From positions 181,536,001-181,600,000 of the forward strand of contig OZ024741.1 in the NCBI GenBank assembly GCA_964016885.1: 64,000 bases of DNA. Reading direction: 5' to 3'. The notes beneath the pieces are model-generated. The model saw nothing but the letters and a program-made list of their open reading frames with translations. It was not told the origin of the DNA and made no database searches. Of the stretch, positions 1-12,100 are shown in pieces (position 1 is the stretch's first letter; every line of letters starts with the position of its first letter). The position numbers and the translations under genes are program-made. The stretch is from Eledone cirrhosa. Its lineage: Eukaryota.

Positions 1-3000
1 GCACATCCAACTCCTTCTCACTTTTCCCGAAGAGCTTAAGATCGTCCATGAAGAGGAGGTGATTGATGGTAAGCTCTCCCCTTCCCAACTTGTATCCTGC
101 TCTCACTTTTCGCAGCATAATGGTCAAGGGCATCAGGGCAAGGACAAACAACAGAGGGGACAGGCTATCTCCCTGGAAGATACCTCTCTTGATCTTCACG
201 CTTCCCAAGGATACTCCAGTTGATGTCAACTCTGTCTCCCAGGACCCCATACTCCTGCCCAGCAACTGTCTGATGTTATCTGCCACCCTGAAGATCTCCA
301 GGCTTTTGGTGATCCAGGAATGAGGCACCATGTCAAATGCCTTTCTGTAGTCTATCCATCCCATGGCAAGATCAGTGTGTCTCCTCCTGCAATTCCCCAT
401 TACCATCTTATCAATAAGCAACTGGTCCTTTGTACCACGTGACTTCTTTCGGCATCCTTTCTGTTCGTCCGGCAACAAGTTGTTTGTGTGGAGGTGATGG
501 TAGATTTCCTCAGACACAATGCTCGTCAACAGTTTCCACATTACGGGCAGACATGTGATAGGTCTATAGTTGGTAACATCATTACCCTTGATTCGGTCTT
601 TCATTATCAGAACTGTGGTACCTTTTGTCAACCACTCTGGCACCTCACCCGACACCAAGCAGTCATTGAACATGGCCGTCAGCTTCGGGTGGAGGGATGT
701 TAAATGTTTAATCCAATACCCCTGCACACCATCTGGGCCTGGTGATTTCCAGTTGGTTAGTTTTTTGGCTTGCCCCTTAAGAGTTTCAACTGTGATACTC
801 AAATCAGTCTGTTGCTGTGCCTGCTCACCGATCACCCTCTGTACTGTCTCAATCCACCCTGCCTGGGCATTGTGTCTAACATCCTGCTCCCATATTCCTC
901 TCCAGAATGTTTTAGCTTGTTCCGCCCCAGGGATCAAGTCGTTGCCTCTTTCTTTCCCCTCAAGCTGTCCAAACAGCATCTTCTGGTTGTTGTCGAACAT
1001 GCGGTTCTGTTTATACTGACTGACTCTGTTCTCGTATCGCCTGATTTTGGCACTCTTTGCTACAATGCGTTGCTTCAATTCCTCTATGATAATATTTAGC
1101 TTTTTACTCCTAGTTTTGTATTTTATTTCCAGTCTATTTTTAGTGCCTATGTTTTTTAGTGTCCCATTCAGTAGTGACTCAAGCTTTCCTATGTCATTTC
1201 TCATTTCCCCGATTTGCCCACTCAGTCGCTTCTTCCACCACGGCTCTGCTCTTTCTTGTCTGTTGTTTCCTCTCGCTTTTATACCAAGTAGTTTCCTCAC
1301 CGTATTTGCTGTTGCTTTGAGGATATTGTTGCACTGGTGAAGACTCCTCGCCTCAAGGTATGGGATGACTTTGTTTACCTTAGCTGTTGTTTCTTTTAAC
1401 TTTTTCCTGTCTACAAATCTTAGGTTCATAGGTCTCCCACTATCATTGTTCAACTCATCTACCACTAAATTTAGGATGTCAACCGAATCTTGTCCTAGCC
1501 CGTCAGCATTCATCTCCTCAGTGGCCGTATCTCTGTTCCAGGTATTATTTATCTCAGTATTCAGATCATTGTCTGCTTCGGGTGGTTCCTCCGTTCTCAG
1601 GACCTCCTCACCTTCATTTCCCGCCGGCTCGCTTGTCTGGCATACTACACCCGCCATCTCCAAGCCATTCTCTCTGCTCAGTTCCTCCAGTTCCAGCTCG
1701 CTTATCCACCCATTAGTTCTTATTACCCGAGCCTGCCCGGCCAATTTTTGTTCATCTAATTTAAATAAACCAATCTCGTTCCAGATGTTATGCATCCGTC
1801 TCCTGTAGCCCCTCTCCTTGGGGTTACTTTTCAGGTAGCATTGCATAACAGTTCTATTCAATTCTTTCGTCCAGTTGGTTCTGGCCCCTTTCCTTCTTCT
1901 TCTTCCTCCAACATCAGCAGTATTTGGTTGACAGTCAGGTTCCTGCTGCTGAGCCAGGGGGCACCTGTTGGGTGAGAGTCTGTCACATGACGTTCTAGTC
2001 TCCATTTCACCGTTATTCGAACTGTTTATGTTCGATATTTAAACACTCTTATCGAGGATTGGCGAATGTATGTTTACATAGCCATCTGTGGATCCGCCAT
2101 CCCACTTGGCCCTTGTGTGGCATTATCACCACGCTGTATACGGACACACACAAACAAACAAACACACGGGCAGAAAGGGCCCCAAAAATGAATAAGCATA
2201 AGTTTCATTGTAATGTAGTATTCGAATGTCTGACTTAGTTTTTGTTTTTTAAGTTTTACTTTTTCCCCCCTCTTCTCTGTCCGTCCGCCTGCTTCTCTCT
2301 TCATTCTTATTTTCTTTACGTTTTTGGGGTTTCTTTTTTTGTTTTTGTTTTTCTCTGTTTGTTTTTCTCGTTTTTTGCTGTTGTTGCTGTGCTGCTTTTG
2401 TTGTTTGTTTTTTCTTTTTTCTTTTGAGTCTATCTATATATTTTGATGCCTTCCTCTTTGTTAGTAGTAGGAATTCTATAATGTGGAAGTGGCAGCCAGC
2501 AGAGACTGGCGGCGTTGGCGATACTGAGACAGTGGTGGTGGTGATGTCGATACCGAGGCAGTGGTGGCGGTGATGCGACCGTATTACTGTAGTGATGGTG
2601 CTGTAGCGGTGGCAGCAGCAGTGAAGGAGTCAAGGGGTGGTGGCGGCGGTGATGGGATAGTGGTGGTAATGATGGCCGTAGTGAGCGGTGGCGGTGAAGG
2701 TGAAAATGCTGTTGTGTTTAGTGTACACAGATGATGGGGTGGGTGGTGTATCTAGTTTCTGGTGTTGGTGAGTTTCGCTGTCCTATATAGTGTAGCCAGA
2801 GGAGAGGAGGGGGGGGGGGGGGGTTCTTCTTCTTCCATTTATAGCCATTTTATTTTTTTTGGATATACAGTGTACAATACAAAGTTGAATATTTGAATAT
2901 TTGAGCCGTATTACTGTAGTGATGGTGCTGTAGCGGTGGCAGCAACAGTGAAGGAGTCAAGGGGTGGTGGCGGCGGTGATGGGATAGTGGTGGTAATGAT

Positions 3001-3397
3001 GGCCGTAGTGAGCGGTGGCGGTGAAGGTGAAAATGCTGTTGTGTTTAGTGTACACAGATGATGGGGTGGGTGGTGTATCTAGTTTCTGGTGTTGGTGAGT
3101 TTAGCTGTCCTATATAGTGTAGCCAGAGGAGAGGAGGGGGGGGGGTTCTTCTTCTTCTTCCATTTATAGCCATTTTTTTTTGGATATACAGTGTACAATA
3201 CAAAGTTGAATATTTGAATATTTGAGCCTTATAACAATATATTTTGGGTCCGAATTTTTTTGGGGCTCAAGCCGGGTGCTTTACGTAGCATTTGTACTAA
3301 GAGTTGTTATTTCACAAATGATTTAAATATGTTAAAAATTCAAAACTTACGGGAGCGATTTCATGACCTCCGTCACCTCGTGCGTCTTCTTCCCTTC

Positions 3398-3400
<3 letters not shown>
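1..3400 (-). mobile_element. R4/Dong-like non-LTR retrotransposon, family A: 5' part with long leader; RT ORF runs off the window start
   Basis: Minus-strand translation gives NWTKELNRTVMQCY...GYRRRMHNIW (N-terminus), YRPITCLP, WIDYRKAFDMVPHSW, RGIFQGDSLSPLLF and HLLFMDDLKL. Bases 1-108 match 51381-51488. The 5' end abuts (TTA)n at 3401. Confidence 0.88.
2578..3227. repeat. Tandem duplication (~330 bp x2) inside the Dong-A leader
   Basis: ccgtattactgtagtgatggtgctgtagcgg...caaagttgaatatttgaatatttgag occurs at ~2578 and again at ~2906. Confidence 0.9.
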
Positions 3401-3475
<75 letters not shown>

Positions 3476-3476
<1 letters not shown>

Positions 3477-3810
3477 TCTTTGAGTCTCAGTCATTGATGT
3501 TAGTTAACTGGAAAGTTTGTTGAGATGAATATCAAGCCACTACATGCAGCCTCAGATATTCAGGACGTATCGGAGGGTTCTTGCTGTTCCCAGCAAGCAT
3601 GCCTTTTGAAGCGTTCCAAAAAGCGTGAAGAGGCCAATTTTCTTTAACCATGCCTGGAAACTTTTTGAGATAGTCCCTAGTGCGCCTACGACAATCGGGA
3701 TCACTTTGACGTCATGGCAGTTCCAAATCCTTTTTACCTCCCACTTTAAGTCCTGGTATCGGTTAATTTTCTCCCTCTCCTTCTCTTGCACTCTCGTGTC
3801 GAATGGGCAG
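3476..3810 (-). mobile_element. 5'-truncated Dong-A 3' end (RLE C-terminus plus 3' UTR) between (TTA)n tracts
   Basis: ORF 3552-3791 (EKINRYQDLKWE...IPIVVGALG...LQKACLLGT) is near-identical to 49918-50250. Confidence 0.88.
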
Positions 3811-3855
<45 letters not shown>

Positions 3856-6800
3856 GAATGCCGTGGTTGACGGAGGCTCGGCTCTGTAAGGTATTGTAAA
3901 TTTTGACCGCTATAACAATTGTAAATTGTTTAAAACTTTAACCAAATTGTAGACAAAACATCCTCCTCCTCGTGAGAGGGGTCTTTCTGCCCGTTATTTG
4001 GCCCTTCGGGGTTAAATAACCGCTTATTAAGGGTTTGTGCCCAATATTTATTTTAAACAAAAAAAAACATGGCTACGAAAAAGAATTTTCACAAGTCACT
4101 CCCACTCATTCCATCTTCTTCTTCCTCAATCGTCACTACAGCAGAGAGAAGATTGTCTCTCTCCCTCCCTTCTCTAAATGTGTCTCTCTCCCTCCCTTCT
4201 CTTTCGCAAGCGACGCCAGTAAAGAAAAATCACGTGCAAAGCATGGAACATTTCTCCACGACGACGACAATGACGGAAAAGGTGTGCGGTAAATACGAAA
4301 ACCCATTTCATTCGTCTGACGTCATGAATAATAGCAGTAGCAGCCGTAATAACAGCAGCAGCTGCAACAGTGACAAGGAAAACAACAGTAGCAGCCGAAA
4401 CAGCATCAGCAGCAGCATAAACAACAACAGCATTAGCAGCAACAGCAACAACAACAACAGCAGCAGCAGCAACAACAACAACAACCACAGCAACAGCGAC
4501 GGCGGCAGTAGTCGTAGTACCTGCAGCAACAACAAAAGTAACAGCAGCTCTGACGACGACAACAACAACAACAACATCAGCAAGGAAAAACCAATCTCGT
4601 TTGCATGTATCGCAAAGAACCTGGAAACCATCCTCATAACAAATGAGGAATTACAGGAAGCGAAGAAGATGGTGACGAAAACGGGACACCGAGCAATCTG
4701 CAAGGCAGCCGAAACAATTTTCGAAACCCAACAGCACTGTACGGTCACGTACCGTACAGTAAGCACAAAATCCCGTAGGGTTGAAAGAGCCACAGAGGCT
4801 CAAATACAAAAAGCCTTAGGGTCTGTGTGGCAGCGGAAAACGCATATGACCCGAGGCAAGAAATATGCCACCGTAGCCGTCCTTTTTGCCACACCCCAGG
4901 AGGCAAAGGGTCAATCTTTAGTGACCCTAAGGAGCAAGGAAATGGTGTTGGTGCCCTCCTACTGCGGGCAAAAAATTGTGAGGGTCAAACTGACCCATGT
5001 CCCCCCCCGGGATGGCCCCTTCTTGGCTGGCCGCGTCTGTCCTCGTCGGAATCGAGGACAAAACAACTGTACTGCAAGTACAGAAAAGAGTAAGAGAAGA
5101 TTGGGTCGGCATCTCCATTGAGATGTTAATCCAAACCAACCAGGAGTGCATCGAAGCTATCCCGGATGTGATAGACTTCGATAACGGCACTCAACTGCCC
5201 ATAAGTGTTGAGGGCAAACGCCCGAAATATTTTCGCTGTGGATCGAAGACTCACCTCAGGGCCTTCTGCAACAAGAAGACCCTGAGAAAGGAGTAAACCC
5301 CCCTCCTTCCGAAACCGGCTCCACTGCTACCAGCAACAGGACAAGCGGCAACCAGGAACGATAGGTCCGTGGCACCCATACCCACGCCACGGAAATCAAG
5401 AACAGCAGCAGCAGTGGAAGTATTAACAACAACAACAGTAATACCAAATGCAGCTCCAACAGAGACTCCACTGCAAACATCACCAACAAGTGAAAGAGTG
5501 GAGCTGGTACCCCTCTCCGACCTCACAGAATCAGACATGGAGTGTGAGGTGTGAGAGGGATGGCAAAAGGTCGCAAGAAGGCACAAACGCAGAAGCAGCG
5601 CATCGTCGCCTTCGAAAAGGGAGGAAAGAAATGAAAAAAGGGTAAAGGCTACTGCAAAGAGACTCACAGCATCAACACCACCAACACAATCACCACCCAC
5701 ACTAGCACCACCATCACCACCGGCGACAACCCCACCGCCAACAACAACAACACCTTCAACACCACCACTACAAGCACCAACATCGCAAACACAACAAAAC
5801 ACACACACACAGCAACAACGACAAGAAAATAGCAGAACCACACCCCACCCCCCAGAAAAACAAATGCACGGCAATAAATACACACAACAAGAAACTAATG
5901 ACTTACATAATTGAACACACAGGCATTTCACAGCACGACTACATAATACCAGCACCAATCAAAACCCCAACGAACATAAGACTGGTAAGAATTACACAGA
6001 AACAATACACAAACATTAAAACGAAATTCCACAAGGCAGTTGGTGATTTCAGAGACCTAGGAGGGACTCTCAACCGGAGAGTATATTCGGACATACTCAT
6101 AGAAGAGCCGACGACCAGCCGAAGGGACGATTCAACGGTCCCTTCACCAGACGATCAAGTGAAAAGGGTGGAGAAACCATCCTTCCTCTACGAAAAGTAC
6201 GGTAAGTGGTCTTTCCCATCTTTTCCACTCCATTTTAAACATGACCTCACTCAGAATAGGCAGCATAAATGCGCGTGGCTTGGGGTCGTCATGGAAGCAG
6301 AGCCACCTACTCAACAACCTCAGGTCACTAAACATAGATGTAGGGGCCATCAGCGAGACCAGAATCTCCGAAGCACGGGCCTTCGCACCGATCTTCGGCG
6401 GCTACGATGTGTACGCATCTCCAAGCCGTCCTGGATTGGGGGGAGGAGTTGCTGTGCTTTTTCGGAGAGGTCTGGATCTCGCCATACGGGCCATCTTCCT
6501 GGACCTAGAAGGTAAGTTGGTGGCGCTGGACGTGACCAGCGGAGACGGGCAAGCTTTCAGGCTAGTGGCCGTCTATGCCCCGACAGGAGCAGGGCGGCCT
6601 GATTTCTTCCGGCATCTGGAGACGTTTCTTGGAACGTCCCACTCTTTAGTGTTAGTGGGCGACTGGAACGGGATCTTACAAGCACGCTGGGACTGTGTGG
6701 GATTAGCGGATAGGGTGGAGGGTGCAAGAGCATCACCAACCTGCTCAGGCGTTTTGAACTGTCTGACAGGTACCGATTGGATTTCCCGAATGTGCCAATG

Positions 6801-9130
6801 TGGATTTGGACAAATCGCATAGGGTCATCCAGATCATATCTAGATAGAGTATTTTGTAGGGAAATAGATAGGTCTAGCATAGGCTGTCCACAATTCAAGA
6901 TAGTCAGCTACACGGACCACAAATTCGTGATCTGTGTGCTTGACTTAGATAGGCTTCATAGACGAGGACCCGGTTACTGGAAGCTAAACGCGTCCTTACC
7001 AGCGCGCAAGGCCTACAGAGACCGGATTAGCGAACTAGTTAAGCGGGCGTTGACGGGGGCCATCGTCAACAACAAGTGGTGGTTTGCTCTGAAAAGAGTG
7101 ATTAGAATAGAATCCATTAGGTTTAGTAAGGCTTTAGCAATAGAGAAAAATAGAGCAGAGGGAGAACTAGTTAGAAAATTAGACGAGGCGCTTAGCAAAG
7201 GCATCGCGACCGACGTGTTTGCGGCGTGATTGGCCCTTGACCAATTCTTCAATGCAAAGCACGAAGGCTGCGTTGTCAGAGCTAGAGTGCGTGCTCTCAG
7301 ACACGAGGGGACGAAAGCCGTTCAATGGGCCCGAGTGGCGGAGGCGCGTCGTGGCAACAAAGCCACGATCCGGTCTTTGGTGGACCACGACGGGCGCATG
7401 CTACTCGATCCCGGTCAAATGTGTGAAGCTTTTCAGCGACACTTCGCTCAACTGTTCGGGGGCAGCGGTAGCCCGGTCGAGGGATGGACTTTAGTGTCTA
7501 CCTCGACGGACTGCCGCGGCTCTCGGCCACTGAGGTGGAGTGTTGCGAAAAGCCGATAAGCGCCGCTGAAGTACGGGAGGCAATGACTGGCTGCACAAGG
7601 GGTAAATCGCCTGGTTTGGATGGTCTGCACTATGAACTTTACGTACAGATGCCAAACTTGTTCGGAGGCCTCTTGGTGGACGTCTACTGCAACTGGCAAC
7701 ATAACGGGAGAATTCCCAGCTATGTGAGCCGAGGAGCGGTGGCACTGCTGAAAAAGGATCCGAACAAGGGGGATAACATAGATAGTTTCAGGCCCATAAC
7801 TCTGCTAAACACAGAGTTCAAGATTTTGGCCAAGGTGCTAGCAAAGAGGTTGGTGCTTGTCGTTGGTGGTCTGGTGGGAGAGGCGCAGACATGCGCCATT
7901 CCCGACAGATCCATCCACGACAACCTCCACCTCATGCGATACATCGTAGAGAGGGTAGCTAGGGAACCTGGCACGGGTGGGTCTTTGATTAATTTAGATC
8001 AGTCGAAAGCTTTCGATAGGGTCGACCATCGTTACCTAGCGGCAGTCCTGAGGGCGGCTGGCTTTGGGCCCGTCTTCAGAGGCTAGATCGCTGCCATGCA
8101 CGGCAACATCTGCTCTGTGGTGAGAGTGAACGGTCACCTTTCGGAACCGTTCTACATCATGCGCTCGGTCCGCCAAGGATGTCCCCTCTCGTCCCTCTTG
8201 TACGTATTGACTCTCGAGCCATTACTGCACAAACTGGAGACATTGAGGGGCGTCCCGCGCGAACTAGGATACGGAAGATCCGTGTCAGCATATGCGGACG
8301 ATGTCACCGTAGTGGTGTCGAACGCCAAACAACTAGCCAATCTCTTCGGAAGAACTTTCGGGCCGGGGCCTATGGACAACTTCCAGAAATCCCTAGCCTG
8401 GCAGTGCTACCGAGGAGCTTTGCCAGTTCGGGATAAACTCTACAGGCATGGAGGTGCCGTCAGCCGGACATGTCCGAGATGCGCGCAGGGCGATGAAACC
8501 GTCCTGCACGCACTCCTGCAGTGTCCGAGCATTGCTGACTTGTGGGTTTATGTCGAACACCTGCTGTGGGACGGATCCGGCTATCAGCTGAGTCCATCGT
8601 GAAGATTGCCCCGCCCTCTTTCTTTAGCCGGGAAGGGCAGGAAATTTTTATCGGTCTGGTGGCTATGGCGAAAGAGATAATATGGTGGACACGTTTGAAA
8701 GGGCTTAAGACGAGCACTTACCTCTTCGGTGATGCCCTGATTAACTTTTTCAAATTTCATTTGAAAAGGAAAATCAGGGTAGAAAGGGAATTGCTCTCTT
8801 CCCAGCATTTTGTTGAAAGATGAGTGAGAGAGGCAAGAATGGCTCGAGTGATGGGTCTACTCTGAGTATGTGTCTGTAAATTAAAGGTGGAAAACTGGGA
8901 GAGTGCACTTGCCCTGGTGGTCAGGGTCACTGTGGCTTTTTAATGGGCTTTCTCCACGAATGTCCCTCGGAAGTCTCGCCCCTATTGGGGAATTTTTTTC
9001 ATTGTTCTATTATTACATCCTCTGTTTCTTGTTTTTTACACGCAGAAATGCCCATTTGTACCGCCCTGTATTGTCCTGTACTGTCCTTAATGTCTACTTT
9101 ATGTAAACCCTTGTGGTTAATAAAGAAAGC
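3856..9130 (+). mobile_element. Tx1-like (L1 group) LINE copy 1: degenerate, chimeric ORF1/ORF2, internal ORF2 deletion near 8325
   Basis: ORF1 fragments 4069-6200 with a knuckle-like FRCGSKTHLRAFC. ORF2 from ATG 6241 has APE motifs INARGL, ISETR, GDWN, SYLDR, TDH; RT motifs QGCPLS, YADD; C-terminal CPRC..H..C. Ends aataaagaaagc then (ATT)n. Confidence 0.9.
6241..8880 (+). pseudogene. Tx1 ORF2 (AP endonuclease + reverse transcriptase + Zn finger), frameshifted
   Basis: Consecutive ORF-track pieces 6241-6822, 6777-7229, 7230-7559, 7484-8086, 8096-8602 and 8542-8823 are collinear with copies 2-4. Confidence 0.88.
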
Positions 9131-9155
9131 ATTATTATTATTATTATTATTATTA

Positions 9156-12100
9156 CAGCTGCATTTATTTTGCTTTATGTTCATACGAGTTATCACCAAG
9201 TCACAACCAGTGACCTCAAGAGACAACAAGGTCCGCCATGTTCAAGAAAGAACATACATACTCACACATGCATCTTTAGTGTTTAGACTTGTGATGTACT
9301 TATATTGACAGAATCTTCCTTAGTATATGGGCAGTTCCCATTAGTACTATCTTTTGTATTTCTCCTATACGCGGGTTTCCTGGGATTTGCGATAAGTAAT
9401 CATTAGACCCCTTAGGTATCACTCCTAGAGCGCCTACAACCACTGGTAATGTTTTAGTTCTCAATTTCCACATTTTTCCAATTTCTATCTCCAGGTCCTT
9501 ATACTTGCTCAATTTTTCAAATGTTTTTATAGATACATTCTTGTCTATTGGAACGGACATATCAATTAGCAGGCATACCCTCTTTTTAAAGTCCTTCAAT
9601 ATTATATCAGGTCTATTTGCATCTATTTTTCGGTCTGTTTGGATGCTAAAGTTCCACAAGATTGAGATGTGATCTTTTTCAAGTATGGGAGGTGGTTGAT
9701 GCTCCCACCAATTCTTTTGATGGGGCAGGTCAAAATGCGTACACATTATCCAATGTATGTATTGTGCAGTCTGTCATGCCTGTTTAGGTATTCGGTTGGA
9801 GCTATAGGACTGCACATTGAAATTATATGGTCAATGGTCTCTGGTTGTTTTTTACATACACGGCATAATGGGCTGCATCCATTTTTTATTATGTTGGCAG
9901 ACACTGATCTTGTGCTGATATAATCAGTCCTTCAGTCTCGGATTTCAGTCCAGAGGATGCCAACCACTGATGGGTTAAAGTTTTGTCAACATCAGGATTG
10001 TTAGCTCTTTCTGGGTATTTTCCATACAGAGGCTTTTCTTGCCATTTCTTAGTCAGTTTCTGTAGCAGTTCTTTCTTTGCAGTTACTTTTACCTGCTTTG
10101 CTTTTTCTGTGTTTTCCATTTCAGCAGTAAATGGGACTTCTGAAATTTGTAGTCCATTACTGTATCTTTGTGCATCTTTTGTAATGGAGTATGATCTTTT
10201 GATGCTTTCGTGTTTCAAAACGAGTTTGATCATCCAATCATGTGATTCCCTTAGATATGTAGATAATCCAATTGTTGCAGTTTTCAACGCAATGTCTAAC
10301 TGTATTAACCCACGTCCTCCTTCTTTCCTAGGGAGATATAATCTATCTATATCTGCCTTAGGGTGATGCATTCTGTGCATGGTTAAGAATTTTCGAATTT
10401 TTGTATCGAGCCTACGGATCTCTGTGCTTGACCAGTTGATGACATTGTAACTGTAGGTTACTACTGGTATGGCAAGCGTGTTTATGGCATCGATCCTATT
10501 CCTTGCATTCAATTCCGTTCTTAAGATTGCTGTTACTCTGCAGTAACATTCCTTCCTTATCCTTTCCCTCATTGTTGAGTGCTTGATTCCGTCTCCTTCA
10601 CAAACACCTAGATATTTGTAAGTTTCCTCTTGATCAAGTTCTCTTATCACATTCCCCCGATCAAGATTAATGTCTGAACTTTTCAGCAGCTTTCCTCTGG
10701 TGAACGTTGCTTTGGCGCATTTATCTAGTCCAAACTCCATTTTAATATCATTACTGAACTGCTCCAGAGTGGATAATAGCCCTTGCAATTGTTCATGATT
10801 TTTTGCAAATAGTTTCAGGTCATCCATGTAGAACAAGTGATTAATGGTTTTGTCATAGACTTTATATCCATGTTTTGTCTCATTGAGCATTTTACTTAAT
10901 GGTATATGTGCGATGCAGAATAAAAGCGGTGATAAAGAGTCACCCTGAAAAATTCCACAATTAATATTAACTTCTCCAGCTTCCAGTGATTCCTTTTCAC
11001 TATTCAAAAGGAGTGTCGTTTTCCATGTCTTCTTACTGAATGACAAAAACCTCCTGACAACGGGAGATATTTTGAAAATCTCTAAACATTTTTCAATCCA
11101 ACTGTGTGGCAAACTATCGAATGCTTTTTTATAATCTATCCAAGCAATCGACAGATTTTTGTGTCTATTATGACAATCTTCCAGTATCATTTTGTTAACC
11201 AAAAGTTGATCCTTACAGCCATATGAGCCTCGTTTACACCCTTTCTGCTCATTGGGAAATAAGTCATTTGTTATCAGGTGGTCATATGTATATTCAGTTA
11301 GGACTGATGTTAAAATTTTATACATTGTGGTCAAGCAAGTTATCGGTCTGTAATTTTTGGGATTGTTTGTTTCATTATTCTTCGGAAGCAGGAATGTAAT
11401 GCCGTTAATTAACCATGATGGTATCTTTTCTGGTTCCTTAACTATTTCATTGTAAAGTTGGGCTAACAGCTCATGAGACTCTGTGAAGGCATTTATTCAA
11501 AAAATTAGTATTTTGTCTTTTCCTGGGGATTTCAATTTGCTGGTTTTTCTAAGAGCCAAACGCAACTGTTCAACTGTTATATTTTCCCATGTTTGTTCTT
11601 CAAGGTGAGCTGTTTCTTTCATTTGTCTGTCTATCCATGGGGCATGTATGTTATGAACTTTTTCTTCGGCCCAGATCTTTTCCCAGAATTCTTGCACTTC
11701 CTCCTTGGGTGGTATTGATTTAGCAGTTATTGTTGACTTACCAATTTTTCTGTAGAAGTTTCTTTGGTTGTTTTTGAACATATTATTGTCCTTATAGAAT
11801 CTAGATCGTTTAAAGCGCCTTATACGAGCAGCTTTGGCCGACATTTTTTGCTTGATTATTTCTATCAACATGTCTATGTCACTTGTTGATTTTATACTGT
11901 ATTTTCTTTTCAATTTTCTAAGTTTAGTTTGTTTAACATGTTCACCTAATTTATAGTTTGTTAAAATTTCTATGTCAGATCGGAGAAGGTTTATTTGGCG
12001 ATTGATGTTCTCTTGCCAAGTAGATTTCTTGTAGGAATTCCTTTGTTTTTTTCATTTTCACTCCACATAAGTGAGTGGTGACTTTAGCCGATGCATAATA

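Noticed and set aside
1-108. Identity with 51381-51488 as a segmental duplication or LTR
   Set aside because: Two copies of the same Dong-A family.
63-1975. Plus-strand ORFs
   Set aside because: Antisense shadows of the Dong-A ORF; the same applies to ORFs antisense to the other LINEs.
8310-8345. Internal ORF2 deletions in copy 1 (here) and copy 4 (~54760) as possible spliced introns
   Set aside because: The breakpoints are not GT-AG and show short microhomology; ordinary deletions.
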